DNA of 64,000 bases from Alphaproteobacteria bacterium. GTDB lineage: Bacteria; Pseudomonadota; Alphaproteobacteria; MPNO01. The stretch is from contig OZ219866.1 in the NCBI GenBank assembly GCA_964291675.2, forward strand, positions 1,248,001 to 1,312,000, given 5' to 3'. The position numbers and the translations under genes were made by a program. Shown one piece after another: positions 42,175 through 52,351 of this stretch. The stretch's first letter is position 1; each line of letters opens with the position of its first letter. The notes under the pieces were generated by a model. The model searched no databases, was not told the origin of the DNA, and was given only the letters and a program-made list of their open reading frames with translations.

Positions 42175-42318
42175 GCCTTTTCTCCCTCTTCCCGGACGGA
42201 ACGGAGAACCGTCGCCGCGCCGAACGAGCGCCCGGCAGAATACGCCAGGATCGGGACAGCCGCACGCGCGTGCGGCGGCGCTGTTGACCGGTCCCGGGCG
42301 CGGCACCATGGTCGCGGC

Positions 42319-43545
42319 ATGGTGGGCAAGCCATCCGACATACTCATCGTCGGCGGCGGGATCGGCGGGCTCGCGCTCGCGCTTGCGCTGCACGACCGCG
42401 GCCTGTCGTGCCGGGTCTACGAGGCCGCGCCGGAATTCCAGCCGCTCGGCGTCGGCATCAACATGCTGCCCCACGCGATCCGCGAGCTGACCGCGCTCGG
42501 CCTCCAGCCCGCTCTGGAGTCGTATGGGGTGGAGGCGCGCGAGTTCGCCTATTTCAACCGGCACGGCCAGGCCGTCTTCGCCGAGCCCTGCGGCCGCTTC
42601 GCGGGGTACGAGTATCCGCATTTCTCGATCCACCGGGCGGACCTCCATCGGGTGCTGTTCGACGCGGCGATCGACCGGCTGGGGCCGGGCGCGGTGCATC
42701 TCGGACATCGCTGCGTCGCCGTCCAGCAGGACGCGGCGGGCGTCGAATTGCGGTTCGACGGCGCGGCGCCCGCGACCGGCGCCGTCGCCGTCGGCGCGGA
42801 CGGCTTCCATTCGGCCGTGCGGCGCCAGCTCCACCCCGCGGAGGGCGAACCCCATTTCGGCGGCATCAACATGTGGCGCGGGGTCACAAGGCGGCAGCCA
42901 TTCCTCACCGGCGCCAGCGTCATCCGCGTGGGCACGGTGGCGCGCGGCAAGATGGTGATCTACCCCATCCGGCGGTTCGACGACGGCACCCAGCTGATCA
43001 ACTGGGTGACCGAGCAGCCCACCGACACCCGAAAGCCCAATGACTGGGCGACGCCCGGGCGAATGGCGGATTTCATCGCTCCCTTCGCGGGCTGGAAATT
43101 CGACTGGCTGGACATTCCGGCGCTGATCGCCGATGCCGAGTTCATTCTCGAATATCCCATGGTCGACCGCGACCCGATCCGCCGATGGAGCTTCGGCCGG
43201 GTGACGCTGCTGGGGGATGCGGCGCATCCGATGTACCCGCGCGGCGGCAATGGCGGGGCGCACGCGATCCTCGACGCCGAGGCGCTGGCCAGGCGGCTCG
43301 CCGGGCTCGACGACCCGCCGGCCGCGCTCAGGGCCTATGAGGACGAACGCCTGGACGTGGCCAACCGAATCGTGCTGACCAACCGCGAGCAGCCGCCGGA
43401 TCACATCATCGAGATCGTCGAGTCGCTGACCGGGGGCGAGCCGTTCCACCGGATCGAGGACGTGATCGATCCGGCCGAGCTGGCGGCGATATCCGATCGC
43501 TACAAGCAAATCGCGCGATACAGCCTCGACGCGGTCGGAGACTGA
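42319..43545 (+). CDS. FAD-dependent monooxygenase
   Basis: GGGIGGL, GVGINMLP, GADG.HS.VR, LLGDAAHPMYP. Confidence 0.88.
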   Translation: MVGKPSDILIVGGGIGGLALALALHDRGLSCRVYEAAPEFQPLGVGINMLPHAIRELTALGLQPALESYGVEAREFAYFNRHGQAVFAEPCGRFAGYEYPHFSIHRADLHRVLFDAAIDRLGPGAVHLGHRCVAVQQDAAGVELRFDGAAPATGAVAVGADGFHSAVRRQLHPAEGEPHFGGINMWRGVTRRQPFLTGASVIRVGTVARGKMVIYPIRRFDDGTQLINWVTEQPTDTRKPNDWATPGRMADFIAPFAGWKFDWLDIPALIADAEFILEYPMVDRDPIRRWSFGRVTLLGDAAHPMYPRGGNGGAHAILDAEALARRLAGLDDPPAALRAYEDERLDVANRIVLTNREQPPDHIIEIVESLTGGEPFHRIEDVIDPAELAAISDRYKQIARYSLDAVGD

Positions 43546-43547
43546 CG

Positions 43548-44480
43548 CTACTGCCCGGAGAGCGGATCGGCCGCGAGGCCGTACCCCTCGACCCGCAGCC
43601 GCCGCGCGAGCTCCGCCATATGGGCGGGCCCGATCTCGCAGCAGCCGCCCAGGATCGTCGCGCCCGATGCCGCCCAGCGCAGCGCATGGTCGGCGTAGGT
43701 CGCCGGGTCCAGATCCGCGCGCGCCTCCAGCACGTCCGCGGTTCCGCCGGGTTCGAGGACATCGACCGTGACGAACCCGTTGGCATAGGCGCCGAACGGG
43801 ACGCCGGTCCGCGCGAGCGCCGGTAGCGCGTCGGCGGTCGCCTCCGGGCGGGAACAGTTGATCAGCAGCGCCGCCGCACCCGCTTCCAGAGCCGCATGCG
43901 CGCCTTCCGCGACGGGTTCGCCGGAACGCAGCACCGAGCCGTTCGAGTCGTCCACCGTCAGCGCGGTCCACACCGTCCGTCCGCTCTCGCGCGCGGCGAC
44001 GGTCGCGATGCGCGCCTCGGCGACCGAAGCAAGGGTCTCGCAGAGGAACAGGTCCACATGGTCGGCCTGGGCGGCCACGATCCTGCGGTAGTCCGAGAGG
44101 CAGGTTTCCTCCGGCGGCGTCAGATCGGGTCTGTAGCTGTCGACCAAGGGCGGCAGGCAGCCGGCGATCCGGATCTCCCGCCCGCTCTGCTCCCGAGCCG
44201 CGTTCGCCGCGCTCACGGCGGCTTCGTGCACCTCATCGAACATGCCGGCCCGGCCGGCGCGCGCGAGCTGGCTCGGGGTCGCGGTGTAGGCGTTCAACGT
44301 GATCACCCGGGCGCCGGCCTCGATGAAGTCGAGATGGACCGCCTCGACGAGCTCGGGCTCGTCCATCATGACCTGGACCGACCAGAGCGGCGACGGCGGG
44401 AGCGCGCTCCGCCGGTGCAACTCCTGGCCCAAACCGCCGTCCAGGACGACGATTTCCGCGCTGCGCTGTGGAACGGACAT
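43548..44480 (-). CDS. Homocysteine S-methyltransferase family protein
   Basis: LDGG.GQEL, INCS, GAYANG, GGCCEIGP. Confidence 0.88.
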   Translation of the reverse strand: MSVPQRSAEIVVLDGGLGQELHRRSALPPSPLWSVQVMMDEPELVEAVHLDFIEAGARVITLNAYTATPSQLARAGRAGMFDEVHEAAVSAANAAREQSGREIRIAGCLPPLVDSYRPDLTPPEETCLSDYRRIVAAQADHVDLFLCETLASVAEARIATVAARESGRTVWTALTVDDSNGSVLRSGEPVAEGAHAALEAGAAALLINCSRPEATADALPALARTGVPFGAYANGFVTVDVLEPGGTADVLEARADLDPATYADHALRWAASGATILGGCCEIGPAHMAELARRLRVEGYGLAADPLSGQ

Positions 44481-44492
44481 CCGGACCTCCGG

Positions 44493-45845
44493 CTAGGAAA
44501 CGAGGCGGGCGACCCTGCGGCGCGCCGTCTCGGCGAGCGCGACCGGATCGACCGTGGTCAAGCCGCCGTCGCGCACCACCGGGCGTCCCTCGACCAGCAG
44601 GTCGCGGACGGCAAACGGGCCGCACAGCACGAGGGCGGCGACCGGGTCCCAGGCCCCGGCGGCGCCGAGCCCCGATACGTCCCAGATCGCCAGATCCGCC
44701 CGCTTGCCGATCTCGATCGAGCCGATCTCGCCGGCGCGTCCGAGGACTTGCGCCCCGCCCAGGGTCGCGATCTCAAGGGCCTCGCGCACGGCCATCGCGT
44801 CCGCGCCATGGAGCGCCCGCTGCATCAGCATCGCCTGGCGGGCTTCCGGCAGGAGGCTCCCCGAATCGTTGCTGGCCGAGCCGTCGACCCCCAGCCCGAC
44901 GGCGATCCCGGAATCGCGCATCGCGCGCACCGGCGCGATCCCCGACCCCAGCCGGCAGTTCGACGACGGGCAATGCGCCACCCCGGTGCCGGTGCGGGCG
45001 AACAGCGCGATCTCGCTCGCGTCGAGCTCGACGCAATGGGCGTGCCACACATGTTCGCCCAGCCAGCCGAGCGACTCGGCGTAGTCGCCGGGCCGGCAGC
45101 CGAAGGTCTCCAGCGAGAAGGCGACATCCTCGGCGTTCTCCGCCAGATGGGTGTGCAGCCGCACCCCCTTGTCCGCGGCCAGCAGGGCGGCATCGCGCAT
45201 CAGCTCGCGCGAGACCGAGAACGGGGAGCAGGGGGCGATGCCCACCCGCACCATCGCGCCGGGGGACGGATCGTGGAAGGCATCGACCACCCGGATGCAG
45301 TCCTCGACGATGTCGGCCTCGCGCTCCACCAGGCGGTCGGGCGGCAGGCCGCCGGCGCTCTCGCCGACGCTCATCGCGCCGCGCGTCGCATGGAACCGCA
45401 GGCCGATCGTGGCCGCGGCCTCGATGGTGTCCTCCAGCCGGACGCCGTCGGGATAGAGATAGAGGTGGTCGGCGCTCGTCCCGCAGCCCGAGAGGGCGAG
45501 CTCGGCAAGGCCGAGCTGGGCGGAGACGAACATGTCCTCGGGCCGCATGCGCGCCCAGACCGGGTAGAGCGCCCCGAGCCAGGCGAACAGCAGCGCATCC
45601 TGGCAGGCCGGCACCGCGCGCGTCAGCGTCTGGAACAAATGGTGGTGCGTGTTGACCAGCGCCGGCGTCACCACGCAGCCGGCGGCGTCGATCGTTTCCC
45701 AGCCGGCGGGGTCCCCGGGACCGGCGCCGAGGGCCGCGATCCGTCCGTCCTCGACGAGGATGTCCACCCCCGCGAGCTCGCTGCGGTCGGCATCCATCGT
45801 GACCACAGCCAAGGCGTCGCGGATCCACCGCTTTTCCGCCGCCAA
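44493..45845 (-). CDS. 8-oxoguanine deaminase-like amidohydrolase
   Basis: NTHHHLFQTLTR, HTHLAE, HCPSSN.RL.SG, GVDGSASND. Confidence 0.85.
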   Translation of the reverse strand: MAAEKRWIRDALAVVTMDADRSELAGVDILVEDGRIAALGAGPGDPAGWETIDAAGCVVTPALVNTHHHLFQTLTRAVPACQDALLFAWLGALYPVWARMRPEDMFVSAQLGLAELALSGCGTSADHLYLYPDGVRLEDTIEAAATIGLRFHATRGAMSVGESAGGLPPDRLVEREADIVEDCIRVVDAFHDPSPGAMVRVGIAPCSPFSVSRELMRDAALLAADKGVRLHTHLAENAEDVAFSLETFGCRPGDYAESLGWLGEHVWHAHCVELDASEIALFARTGTGVAHCPSSNCRLGSGIAPVRAMRDSGIAVGLGVDGSASNDSGSLLPEARQAMLMQRALHGADAMAVREALEIATLGGAQVLGRAGEIGSIEIGKRADLAIWDVSGLGAAGAWDPVAALVLCGPFAVRDLLVEGRPVVRDGGLTTVDPVALAETARRRVARLVS

Positions 45846-45923
45846 CCCGTCCCTCCTGTCCGAACCGAAGCGCAGCCGGGAGTATCGTCCAAATCGGCGG
45901 AGATTTCAGGGTTTCGGGCGGCC

Positions 45924-46835
45924 CTAGACGCAGTCTTCCAGGAAGGCCAGGCAGCTATGCGCGATCGGCCTGTTGCGCCCCCGTTCGGTCAGGTAGCCGC
46001 AATACCGGCTGTGGAACTCGACGAAGTCGTCGGTCACCAGGGTCAGCGCGCCGCGTTCGATATACGGATCGACGAAATGCCGCCAGCCGAGCGCGATGCC
46101 GCGATCCGCGGCCGCGGACTCCAGCACGTAGGCGTAGCTGTCGAAACCCATGAAGCGCGGCCCGCTGTCGGGCCGGCCCACGAGGCGGAACCAGTCGTCC
46201 CAGGACGCCGATCCCGTAGCGCTGCCGATCTGCTGGAGGAAGGTCAAGCCTCCCCAGGAGCTGACCGGCCGCTCCAGGGTTGCCGCATGGGTCGCGGCGT
46301 AGCCGGGCGAGCAGACCGGCGCCACCGCTTCCCCGCAAACCACGACGTAATCCTGCTCCTCCGTACGCGGGTCCCAGGCGAGCACCAGATCGGCGATCGG
46401 ATCGAGCGGGAGCTGGCGCGCGTCGTATTGAAAGGTGAGCACCCGTATCGTGACATTCTCGCCGAGCGCGCCCTGGAGCGCCTCGTATCGCGGCAGCAGG
46501 AAGAATTGCGATGCATCGTGGGAGCAGGCGATCACCACCTGTTCGGCCTGCGGACCGCTGGAGGCATCGACGATCGCCGTGCGGATGATGCCGAGCCCGG
46601 TGACGACGGCTTCGCAAAATCGCCGCCCCGCATCGGTCAGGACCACCCCTTTGCGGGAGCGTTCGAAGAGCTGCGTACCCAGATGCTCTTCGAGGCTCGC
46701 GATATGGCGGCTGATCGCCGGCTGTGTCGCCCCGAGCTCCAGGGCCGCTCGCGAAAAGCTCCCGTGGCGCGCGGCGCATTCGAAAGCGGCCAACGCGCTC
46801 ATCGACGGAACCCGCTGAGGCGATTGTCGAGCCAT
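45924..46835 (-). CDS. LysR-family regulator (GcvA-like)
   Basis: L.AFE.AARHGSF..AA.EL..TQPAISRHI..LE. Confidence 0.9.
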   Translation of the reverse strand: MARQSPQRVPSMSALAAFECAARHGSFSRAALELGATQPAISRHIASLEEHLGTQLFERSRKGVVLTDAGRRFCEAVVTGLGIIRTAIVDASSGPQAEQVVIACSHDASQFFLLPRYEALQGALGENVTIRVLTFQYDARQLPLDPIADLVLAWDPRTEEQDYVVVCGEAVAPVCSPGYAATHAATLERPVSSWGGLTFLQQIGSATGSASWDDWFRLVGRPDSGPRFMGFDSYAYVLESAAADRGIALGWRHFVDPYIERGALTLVTDDFVEFHSRYCGYLTERGRNRPIAHSCLAFLEDCV

Positions 46836-46950
46836 AGTGCATCAAATACATGTATAACCAGATCGTTACAACCGAGACGCTTAATTTTGAAGAAATGATT
46901 GGAATATTACTTTATCCTACAAATATATGCCTTTTGGTTATATGCATGAA
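46836..46950. promoter_or_regulatory. AT-rich LysR control region
   Basis: Sharp AT-rich patch with TAAC-N6-GTTA box and ATGTATAACC / GGTTATATGCAT inverted motifs. Confidence 0.5.
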
Positions 46951-47101
46951 TGCGTGACCCGTCGCTCGTCCGGGAAATACCCGTGGCTGGCGGACGGGAC
47001 CCGGCCGGCGCGGCGTTTGCCGGGCTTGCCGGGGCGCGGATTTGCGGCGGATTGGACGCCGCCGCGGCCCGGCCCGGGACTCTGACGGAATCCGCCCGCG
47101 C

Positions 47102-48247
47102 TCATCCCGTGAGGTCGGCGAACAGCGCGGCGAAGCGCGGGTCGCGTTCGAAGCCGACGCCGGGCGCATCGCCGGGCCGGGCATGGCCGTCCGAGACTTC
47201 GAGACCCAGCGGAATCGGGCCGAGCGGCGCCGCCTCGTGGCCGCCCAGGCCGAGCCCCGCGGCGACGTTGAAAGCGAGCAGATGCCCGGCATGCGGCAGG
47301 CATTGGCGGCGCGGCCAGCCATGCGCCTCGACGATATCGAGGATGCGCAGATATTCGACGATGCCGTAGCTCAGCGAGATGTCCATCTGCAGCAGGTCAC
47401 GGTCCGGGCGGAGCCCGCCATAGCGCAGGAGATTGAGCGTGTCCGCCGCCGAGAACAGGTTCTCGCCGGTGGCAAGCGGAAGCGGCGAGGATCGGGCGAG
47501 CGCGCTCAGGGCCTCGAAGTCCAGCGGATCGACCGGTTCCTCGACCCATGCCGGATCGCGGCCGGCCACCTCGGAGATGAAGGTCGATGCCTCGGATCGA
47601 CCCATCGCGCCGTTGCAATCGACCGCGAGGGCACCGTCGGCGCCCAGATTGTCGAGAGCGGCGTCGATTCTGCGCAGATCTTCCCGAACGGGCGCCCCGC
47701 CGGCCTTGATCTTGACCGTGCGGAACCCGAGATCGACGCACGCGCGCACCTCGCCCGCGAGCCGCGCGAGGTCGTTCTCCTCGTGGTAGTGGCCGCAGCT
47801 CGCATAGACCGGCACGCGGCCTTCCCCGCCACCGTCGCCGAACCGTTCGGCAAGCAGCCGCCAGAGCGGCTTGTCCTCGAGCTTGGCGGCGAGATCCCAG
47901 CAGGCGGCGTCGATCAGCCCGACCGCGCCGGATCGTTCGCCGTGCCCGCCGGGTTTCTCGTCCCGCATGGCGATTTCCCAGACCCGGAACGGATCGGGAC
48001 CCCGCTCGCCGGCATAGTCATCCGGGTCGGCCGCCAGCACCCGCGGAACAAAGCGTTCGCGCAGCAGACCTCCGTGGCCGTAGCGCCCGACCGAGTCGAA
48101 GGCCAGCCCGATCGCGGGCTTGCCGCCGCGGGTCGCGTCGGAGACCATCGCGAGCGCGCTTGCGGTCATCCCGCGGAAGCCGATACTGGCGTTGCGCACG
48201 CCCGATGAGAGCGCGACGGTCTTTTCCCGTATGGCGACGATGCGCAT
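47102..48247 (-). CDS. Enolase-superfamily acid dehydratase, D-tartrate dehydratase-like
   Basis: MRIV.IREKT......RNA.I.F..MT.S, EKPGGHGERS.AVG..D.A.WD, KxK, EEP, GEN. Confidence 0.8.
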   Translation of the reverse strand: MRIVAIREKTVALSSGVRNASIGFRGMTASALAMVSDATRGGKPAIGLAFDSVGRYGHGGLLRERFVPRVLAADPDDYAGERGPDPFRVWEIAMRDEKPGGHGERSGAVGLIDAACWDLAAKLEDKPLWRLLAERFGDGGGEGRVPVYASCGHYHEENDLARLAGEVRACVDLGFRTVKIKAGGAPVREDLRRIDAALDNLGADGALAVDCNGAMGRSEASTFISEVAGRDPAWVEEPVDPLDFEALSALARSSPLPLATGENLFSAADTLNLLRYGGLRPDRDLLQMDISLSYGIVEYLRILDIVEAHGWPRRQCLPHAGHLLAFNVAAGLGLGGHEAAPLGPIPLGLEVSDGHARPGDAPGVGFERDPRFAALFADLTG

Positions 48248-48325
48248 GCCGGCAGTGCCCCGGATCAGGCTGGCGTCGCCTCATCGTGCGGCGCGGGGCG
48301 GAGCGCGGCAAGTCGTTGGAAGGAT

Positions 48326-48402
48326 TGGCGCGCCCGGGAAGATTCGAACTCCCAACCTCCTGATCCGTAGTCAGGTGCTCTATCCAGTTGAGCTACGGGC
48401 GC
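48326..48402 (-). tRNA. tRNA-Arg(ACG)
   Basis: GCGCCCGTAGCTCAACTGGATAGAGCACCTGACTACGGATCAGGAGGTTGGGAGTTCGAATCTTCCCGGGCGCGCCA, 77 nt cloverleaf with CCA. Confidence 0.97.
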
Positions 48403-48454
48403 ACGGGGTCGCCGATATACCGCCTGTCGGGTGGCGTGGCAACGGCTATTCGGG

Positions 48455-49129
48455 CTACTCGGCCGCTTCCGCCTTGGGCTCGCCGGCCATGCCGCGACGC
48501 AGATGCTCCGCGTCGGGTCCGCCCGGCGCCATGGTGAACAGGCTGTCGACGGCGGTGTAGTCGTGATAGCCGAGCCGCGCCAGCGGGCGCAGCCGGGCGA
48601 TGTCGAGCTTGCCGTCGGCGGTCAGCGCATCGTCGGCGATGTGCACGCCGATCACCCGCCCGACCACCACGTATGAGGTGTTCTCGACCGTGCGGCCGGG
48701 CAGCACCATCGTGGCGTGGTAGAGGCATTCGAGATGAACCGGCGAGGCCGCGACCCTGGGCGGCTTCACCAGCCTCGACGGCGCGGGCTCCAGCCCCGCA
48801 AGCGCCATCTCGTCGACCTCCGCATCGACGAACTGGGCCGTCGTGTTGACCGCCTCGCGCAGCGCCCAGGTCGCCATGTTGCACACGAACTCGCCGGTCT
48901 GCATGGCGTTGCGCGCGCTGTCCTTGGGATCCCCGCCCGGTTTCGGGCTGGCCGAGAACATCACATAGGGCGGGTCGTAGCCCAAATTGTTGAACTGGCT
49001 GTACGGCGCGAGATTGGGCACGCCGTCGGGGTCGAGGGTGGAGACCCAACCGATCGGCCGCGGCACGACGATCGACTTGTAGGGGTTGAAGGGCAGGCCG
49101 TGATCGGTCTTCCCGGGCTCGTAGAACAT
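48455..49129 (-). CDS. Flavin reductase family protein
   Basis: VVPRPIGWVST, NLAPYS.FN, KDS..N...TGEF, PLARLG. Confidence 0.88.
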   Translation of the reverse strand: MFYEPGKTDHGLPFNPYKSIVVPRPIGWVSTLDPDGVPNLAPYSQFNNLGYDPPYVMFSASPKPGGDPKDSARNAMQTGEFVCNMATWALREAVNTTAQFVDAEVDEMALAGLEPAPSRLVKPPRVAASPVHLECLYHATMVLPGRTVENTSYVVVGRVIGVHIADDALTADGKLDIARLRPLARLGYHDYTAVDSLFTMAPGGPDAEHLRRGMAGEPKAEAAE

Positions 49130-49225
49130 GGGGGCATCTCTCCGCCGTCGCCGACCGCCATTCTTCCACATCGCGGCATCCGCAAACAGCAGGGGGGAGG
49201 CGGCGAACCGGGCGGCCGCCTGCGG

Positions 49226-50110
49226 TCAGCCCGGCCGCGATCTCCGTCCCGGGGGCGGCACCGCGACGTTGTCGATCAACCGGGCCTTGCCGAGCCAGGC
49301 GGCGGCGAGCGCCCGCGCCTCCTGCCGGATCGGCGGGTCCGCCGGCCGCAGCGTCTCGCGGTCGACCACGGCGACATAATCGACGCGCCGGAACCCGGCG
49401 GCGAGGATGCTGCGCCCGGCCTCCCCGATCGCCCGGGCGAGATCGGCGCCGGGGGCGACCGCGCGTTCGGCGAGCGCGAGAAGCGCCCGGTGAAGCGCCG
49501 GCGCCGCTGCGCGCTCTTCCGCGCCCAGATAGACATTGCGCGAGGACAGCGCGAGGCCGTCCGCCTCCCGCACCGTGGGCACGCCGTGGACCGCGACTCC
49601 GAGATCGAGGTCCCGGGCGAGCCGGCGGACGACCTGTAGCTGCTGGAAATCCTTCTCGCCGAACCAGGCGGCGTCGGGCCGCACCATGTTGAACAGCTTG
49701 GCGACCACCGTGGCGACGCCCTCGAAATGGCCCGGCCTGAAGGCGCCGCACAGCCCTTCGCTCAGCTCGCCGACGGAGACCGCGGTCGAAAAGCCCTCGG
49801 GATAGACCGCCTCTCCGGGGGGCGCGAACAGGAGGTCTCCGCCGGCCGAGGCGATCAGCTCGGCATCCCTCGCCTGGTCGCGCGGATAGGCGGCGTAATC
49901 CTCGCCCGGCGCGAATTGTTTCGGGTTGACGAACAGGCTCGCGACCACCCGGTCCGATGCCGCCGCCGCTTCCCTGACCAGCGCCAGATGGCCGTCGTGG
50001 ACGGCGCCCATGGTGGGCACCAGCCCGACCGAGAGCCCGTCGGCGTGCCAGCCGGCGACCCGGCGCCGGACGTCTTCGGTCGCGTGCAGGATCTCGAGGC
50101 CCGGGGGCAC
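49226..50110 (-). CDS. panC: Pantoate--beta-alanine ligase
   Basis: VPTMGA.HDGH, FVNP.QF, RPGHF.GV, FGEKDFQQ, GLALSSRN, RLIDN. Confidence 0.95.
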   Translation of the reverse strand: MPPGLEILHATEDVRRRVAGWHADGLSVGLVPTMGAVHDGHLALVREAAAASDRVVASLFVNPKQFAPGEDYAAYPRDQARDAELIASAGGDLLFAPPGEAVYPEGFSTAVSVGELSEGLCGAFRPGHFEGVATVVAKLFNMVRPDAAWFGEKDFQQLQVVRRLARDLDLGVAVHGVPTVREADGLALSSRNVYLGAEERAAAPALHRALLALAERAVAPGADLARAIGEAGRSILAAGFRRVDYVAVVDRETLRPADPPIRQEARALAAAWLGKARLIDNVAVPPPGRRSRPG

Positions 50111-50142
50111 GTCGTCCTCGTCCGCAAGGGGGCGCGGCGGGC

Positions 50143-50979
50143 TCAGGCGAGCTTGGCGCGCTTGGGCACGCCGAAGCAGTGTTCCGGTCCGGGGAAGCGG
50201 CGCGCCCGCACGTCCTCGGCATAGGCCGCCACGGCCTCGCCGAGAGCATCGCCGAGCTCGGCATAGCGTCGGACGAAGCGCGGCGTGAACTCGGCGAACA
50301 GCCCGGCCATGTCCTCGGTGACCAGAACCTGTCCGTCGCAGCTCGGCGACGCGCCGATGCCGATGGTCGGCACCGGCACGCTGCCGGTGATCTCGCGCCC
50401 GACCGGCTCGATGACGCCTTCCACCACCATCGAGAAGGCCCCGGCCCCGGCGATCGCCCTGGCGTCCTCGACGATGGCGCGCCCGTCCGCCTCGCCGCGC
50501 CCCTGCACCCGGAACCCGCCATAGGCGTGAACCGATTGCGGCATCAGTCCGACATGCCCCATCACCGGGATCGAGCGCTTCACCAGGAATTCGACCGTCG
50601 GCGCCATCTCGACCCCGCCCTCCAGCTTGACCCCGGCGCATCCGGTCTCGGCCATTACCCTGGCGGCGTTGCGATAGGCCTGGGCAGGCGATTCCTGGTA
50701 GCTGGCGAACGGCATGTCGACGATGACGCAGCCATGCCCGGAGCCGCGGACGACCGCGGCGCCGTGCGCGATCATCATGTCCAGCGTCACGCCGAGGGTG
50801 TCCTGGAGCCCGTAGATCACCATGCCGAGGGAATCGCCCACCAGCAGCACGTCGACATGGGGGTCGAGGATCTTCGCCTGCGGCGCGGTATAGGCGGTCA
50901 GCACGACGATCGGCTCGGCGCCCTTGCGGGCGCGGAGCTCGGGCACGGTCACCCGCCGATCCCTGCTCGCCACGCTCAT
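50143..50979 (-). CDS. panB: 3-methyl-2-oxobutanoate hydroxymethyltransferase
   Basis: [32 protein letters not shown]. Confidence 0.95.
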   Translation of the reverse strand: MSVASRDRRVTVPELRARKGAEPIVVLTAYTAPQAKILDPHVDVLLVGDSLGMVIYGLQDTLGVTLDMMIAHGAAVVRGSGHGCVIVDMPFASYQESPAQAYRNAARVMAETGCAGVKLEGGVEMAPTVEFLVKRSIPVMGHVGLMPQSVHAYGGFRVQGRGEADGRAIVEDARAIAGAGAFSMVVEGVIEPVGREITGSVPVPTIGIGASPSCDGQVLVTEDMAGLFAEFTPRFVRRYAELGDALGEAVAAYAEDVRARRFPGPEHCFGVPKRAKLA

Positions 50980-51126
50980 CTCGCCCTCTTGCGTCGCCCG
51001 CGCCGCCGCGTGCAATAACCGGCGGGCCGCGACGGGCTAGTTGTAGACCTTTTTCGGGCCGCGCGAAACGTTGTCGGCGGACCGCCGGTTCCGCGGCGCG
51101 CCGGCAAATGCGTTATTGTCCCCGCC

Positions 51127-52338
51127 ATGGCAACGCTCGCGATCGACGATATCGGCGACCGGCCGGCGATCCGCTTGGCGCCCGGACGCCACAAGCGGCT
51201 GCGCGCGGGCCATCCCTGGGCCTATTCCAACGAGGTCGCGATGTCCCGCGAGGCCAGGGCGTTGCCGCCGGGCGCGATCGTCCGCCTGGAAGACAGCGCC
51301 GGCGGGGCGCTGGGCGCGGCGATGTTCAACCCGCGGCCGCTGATCAGCGCCCGGATTCTGTCGCGCGACCCGGATGCTGCGATCGACCGGGACTTCCTCG
51401 CCGCCCGCCTCTCCCGGGCGCTGGCGCTCCGCGAACGGCTCTACGACACCCCCTATTACCGGCTCGCCTGGTCGGAGGCGGACGGGCTGCCCGGCCTGGT
51501 GCTGGACCGCTACGGCCACGCGGCGGCCGCGCAGATCAACACCGCCGGCATGGACCGCCTCGCCGGGGTGCTGACCGAGGCGATATTCGAAGCGATCGGG
51601 CTGCGCTCCATCGTCTGGCGCAACGACACCGCGGCGCGCGGCCTCGAAGGCCTGGAGTCGGGCACGGCGCAGGCGGGTGCACCCATCGACTCCCCGGTCG
51701 AGATCGCGGAGAACGGGGTGCGGTTCCTGGTCGATCTGGGCCAGGGCCAGAAGACCGGCTGGTTCTACGACCACCGCGAGAACCGCGCCCGGGTGGCGGC
51801 GCTGGCGCGCGGCGCGGACGTGCTGGATGCGTACAGCTATCTCGGCGGCTTCGGGCTGCAGGCCGCAGCAGCCGGCGCCCGCTCGGTGCTCTGTCTGGAC
51901 CGGTCGGAGCCGGCGCTCGCGCTCGGCGCCGCGGCGGCGCGGCTGAACGGACTCGCCGGCTCCTGCGCGTTTCAGCGCGGCGAGGTGTTCGCCACGCTGG
52001 AGGCGTTCGCCCGGGACGGGCGAAGCTTCGACGTCGCGGTCTGCGACCCGCCCGCCTTCGTCAAATCGAAGAAGGACCTGGCGGCGGGGCTCAAGGGCTA
52101 CCGCAAGCTGATCCGCCTCGCCGCGGGCTGCGTGCGCCCGGGCGGGTTCCTGTTCGCGGCGTCCTGCTCGCACCATGTCGACGCCAGCCAGTTCGCCGAG
52201 GCGGTGCGCGGCGCGCTGCGCGGGCTCGGGCGTACAGGGCGGGTGCTGCATCGCGGCGGCGCCGGCCCGGACCACCCGGTCCACCCCTTCCTGCCCGAGA
52301 GCGCCTATCTGAAATCGGCGCTCCTGCAACTCGACTGA
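51127..52338 (+). CDS. rlmI: 23S rRNA m5C1962 methyltransferase-like
   Basis: GHPW.YSNE, EADGLPGL..DRY, GQKTG.F.D.R.NR, DPPAF, SCS, YLK. Confidence 0.85.
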   Translation: MATLAIDDIGDRPAIRLAPGRHKRLRAGHPWAYSNEVAMSREARALPPGAIVRLEDSAGGALGAAMFNPRPLISARILSRDPDAAIDRDFLAARLSRALALRERLYDTPYYRLAWSEADGLPGLVLDRYGHAAAAQINTAGMDRLAGVLTEAIFEAIGLRSIVWRNDTAARGLEGLESGTAQAGAPIDSPVEIAENGVRFLVDLGQGQKTGWFYDHRENRARVAALARGADVLDAYSYLGGFGLQAAAAGARSVLCLDRSEPALALGAAAARLNGLAGSCAFQRGEVFATLEAFARDGRSFDVAVCDPPAFVKSKKDLAAGLKGYRKLIRLAAGCVRPGGFLFAASCSHHVDASQFAEAVRGALRGLGRTGRVLHRGGAGPDHPVHPFLPESAYLKSALLQLD

Positions 52339-52351
52339 CACGGAGGAAACC

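Noticed and set aside
40624-43971. 973-aa and 922-aa apparent fusion proteins
   Set aside because: Each is one real gene (monooxygenase; YqjG-like) extended upstream through the antisense of its divergent neighbour
43896-46898. Long overlapping ORFs (1000 aa here; also 644-2863, 6308-9118, 24904-27768, 37823-40702)
   Set aside because: Antisense or off-frame shadows typical of high-GC DNA, with no motifs and overlapping well-supported genes
48326-48402. tRNA-Arg as attachment site of an integrated element
   Set aside because: No integrase and no duplicated tRNA 3' end noticed in the window
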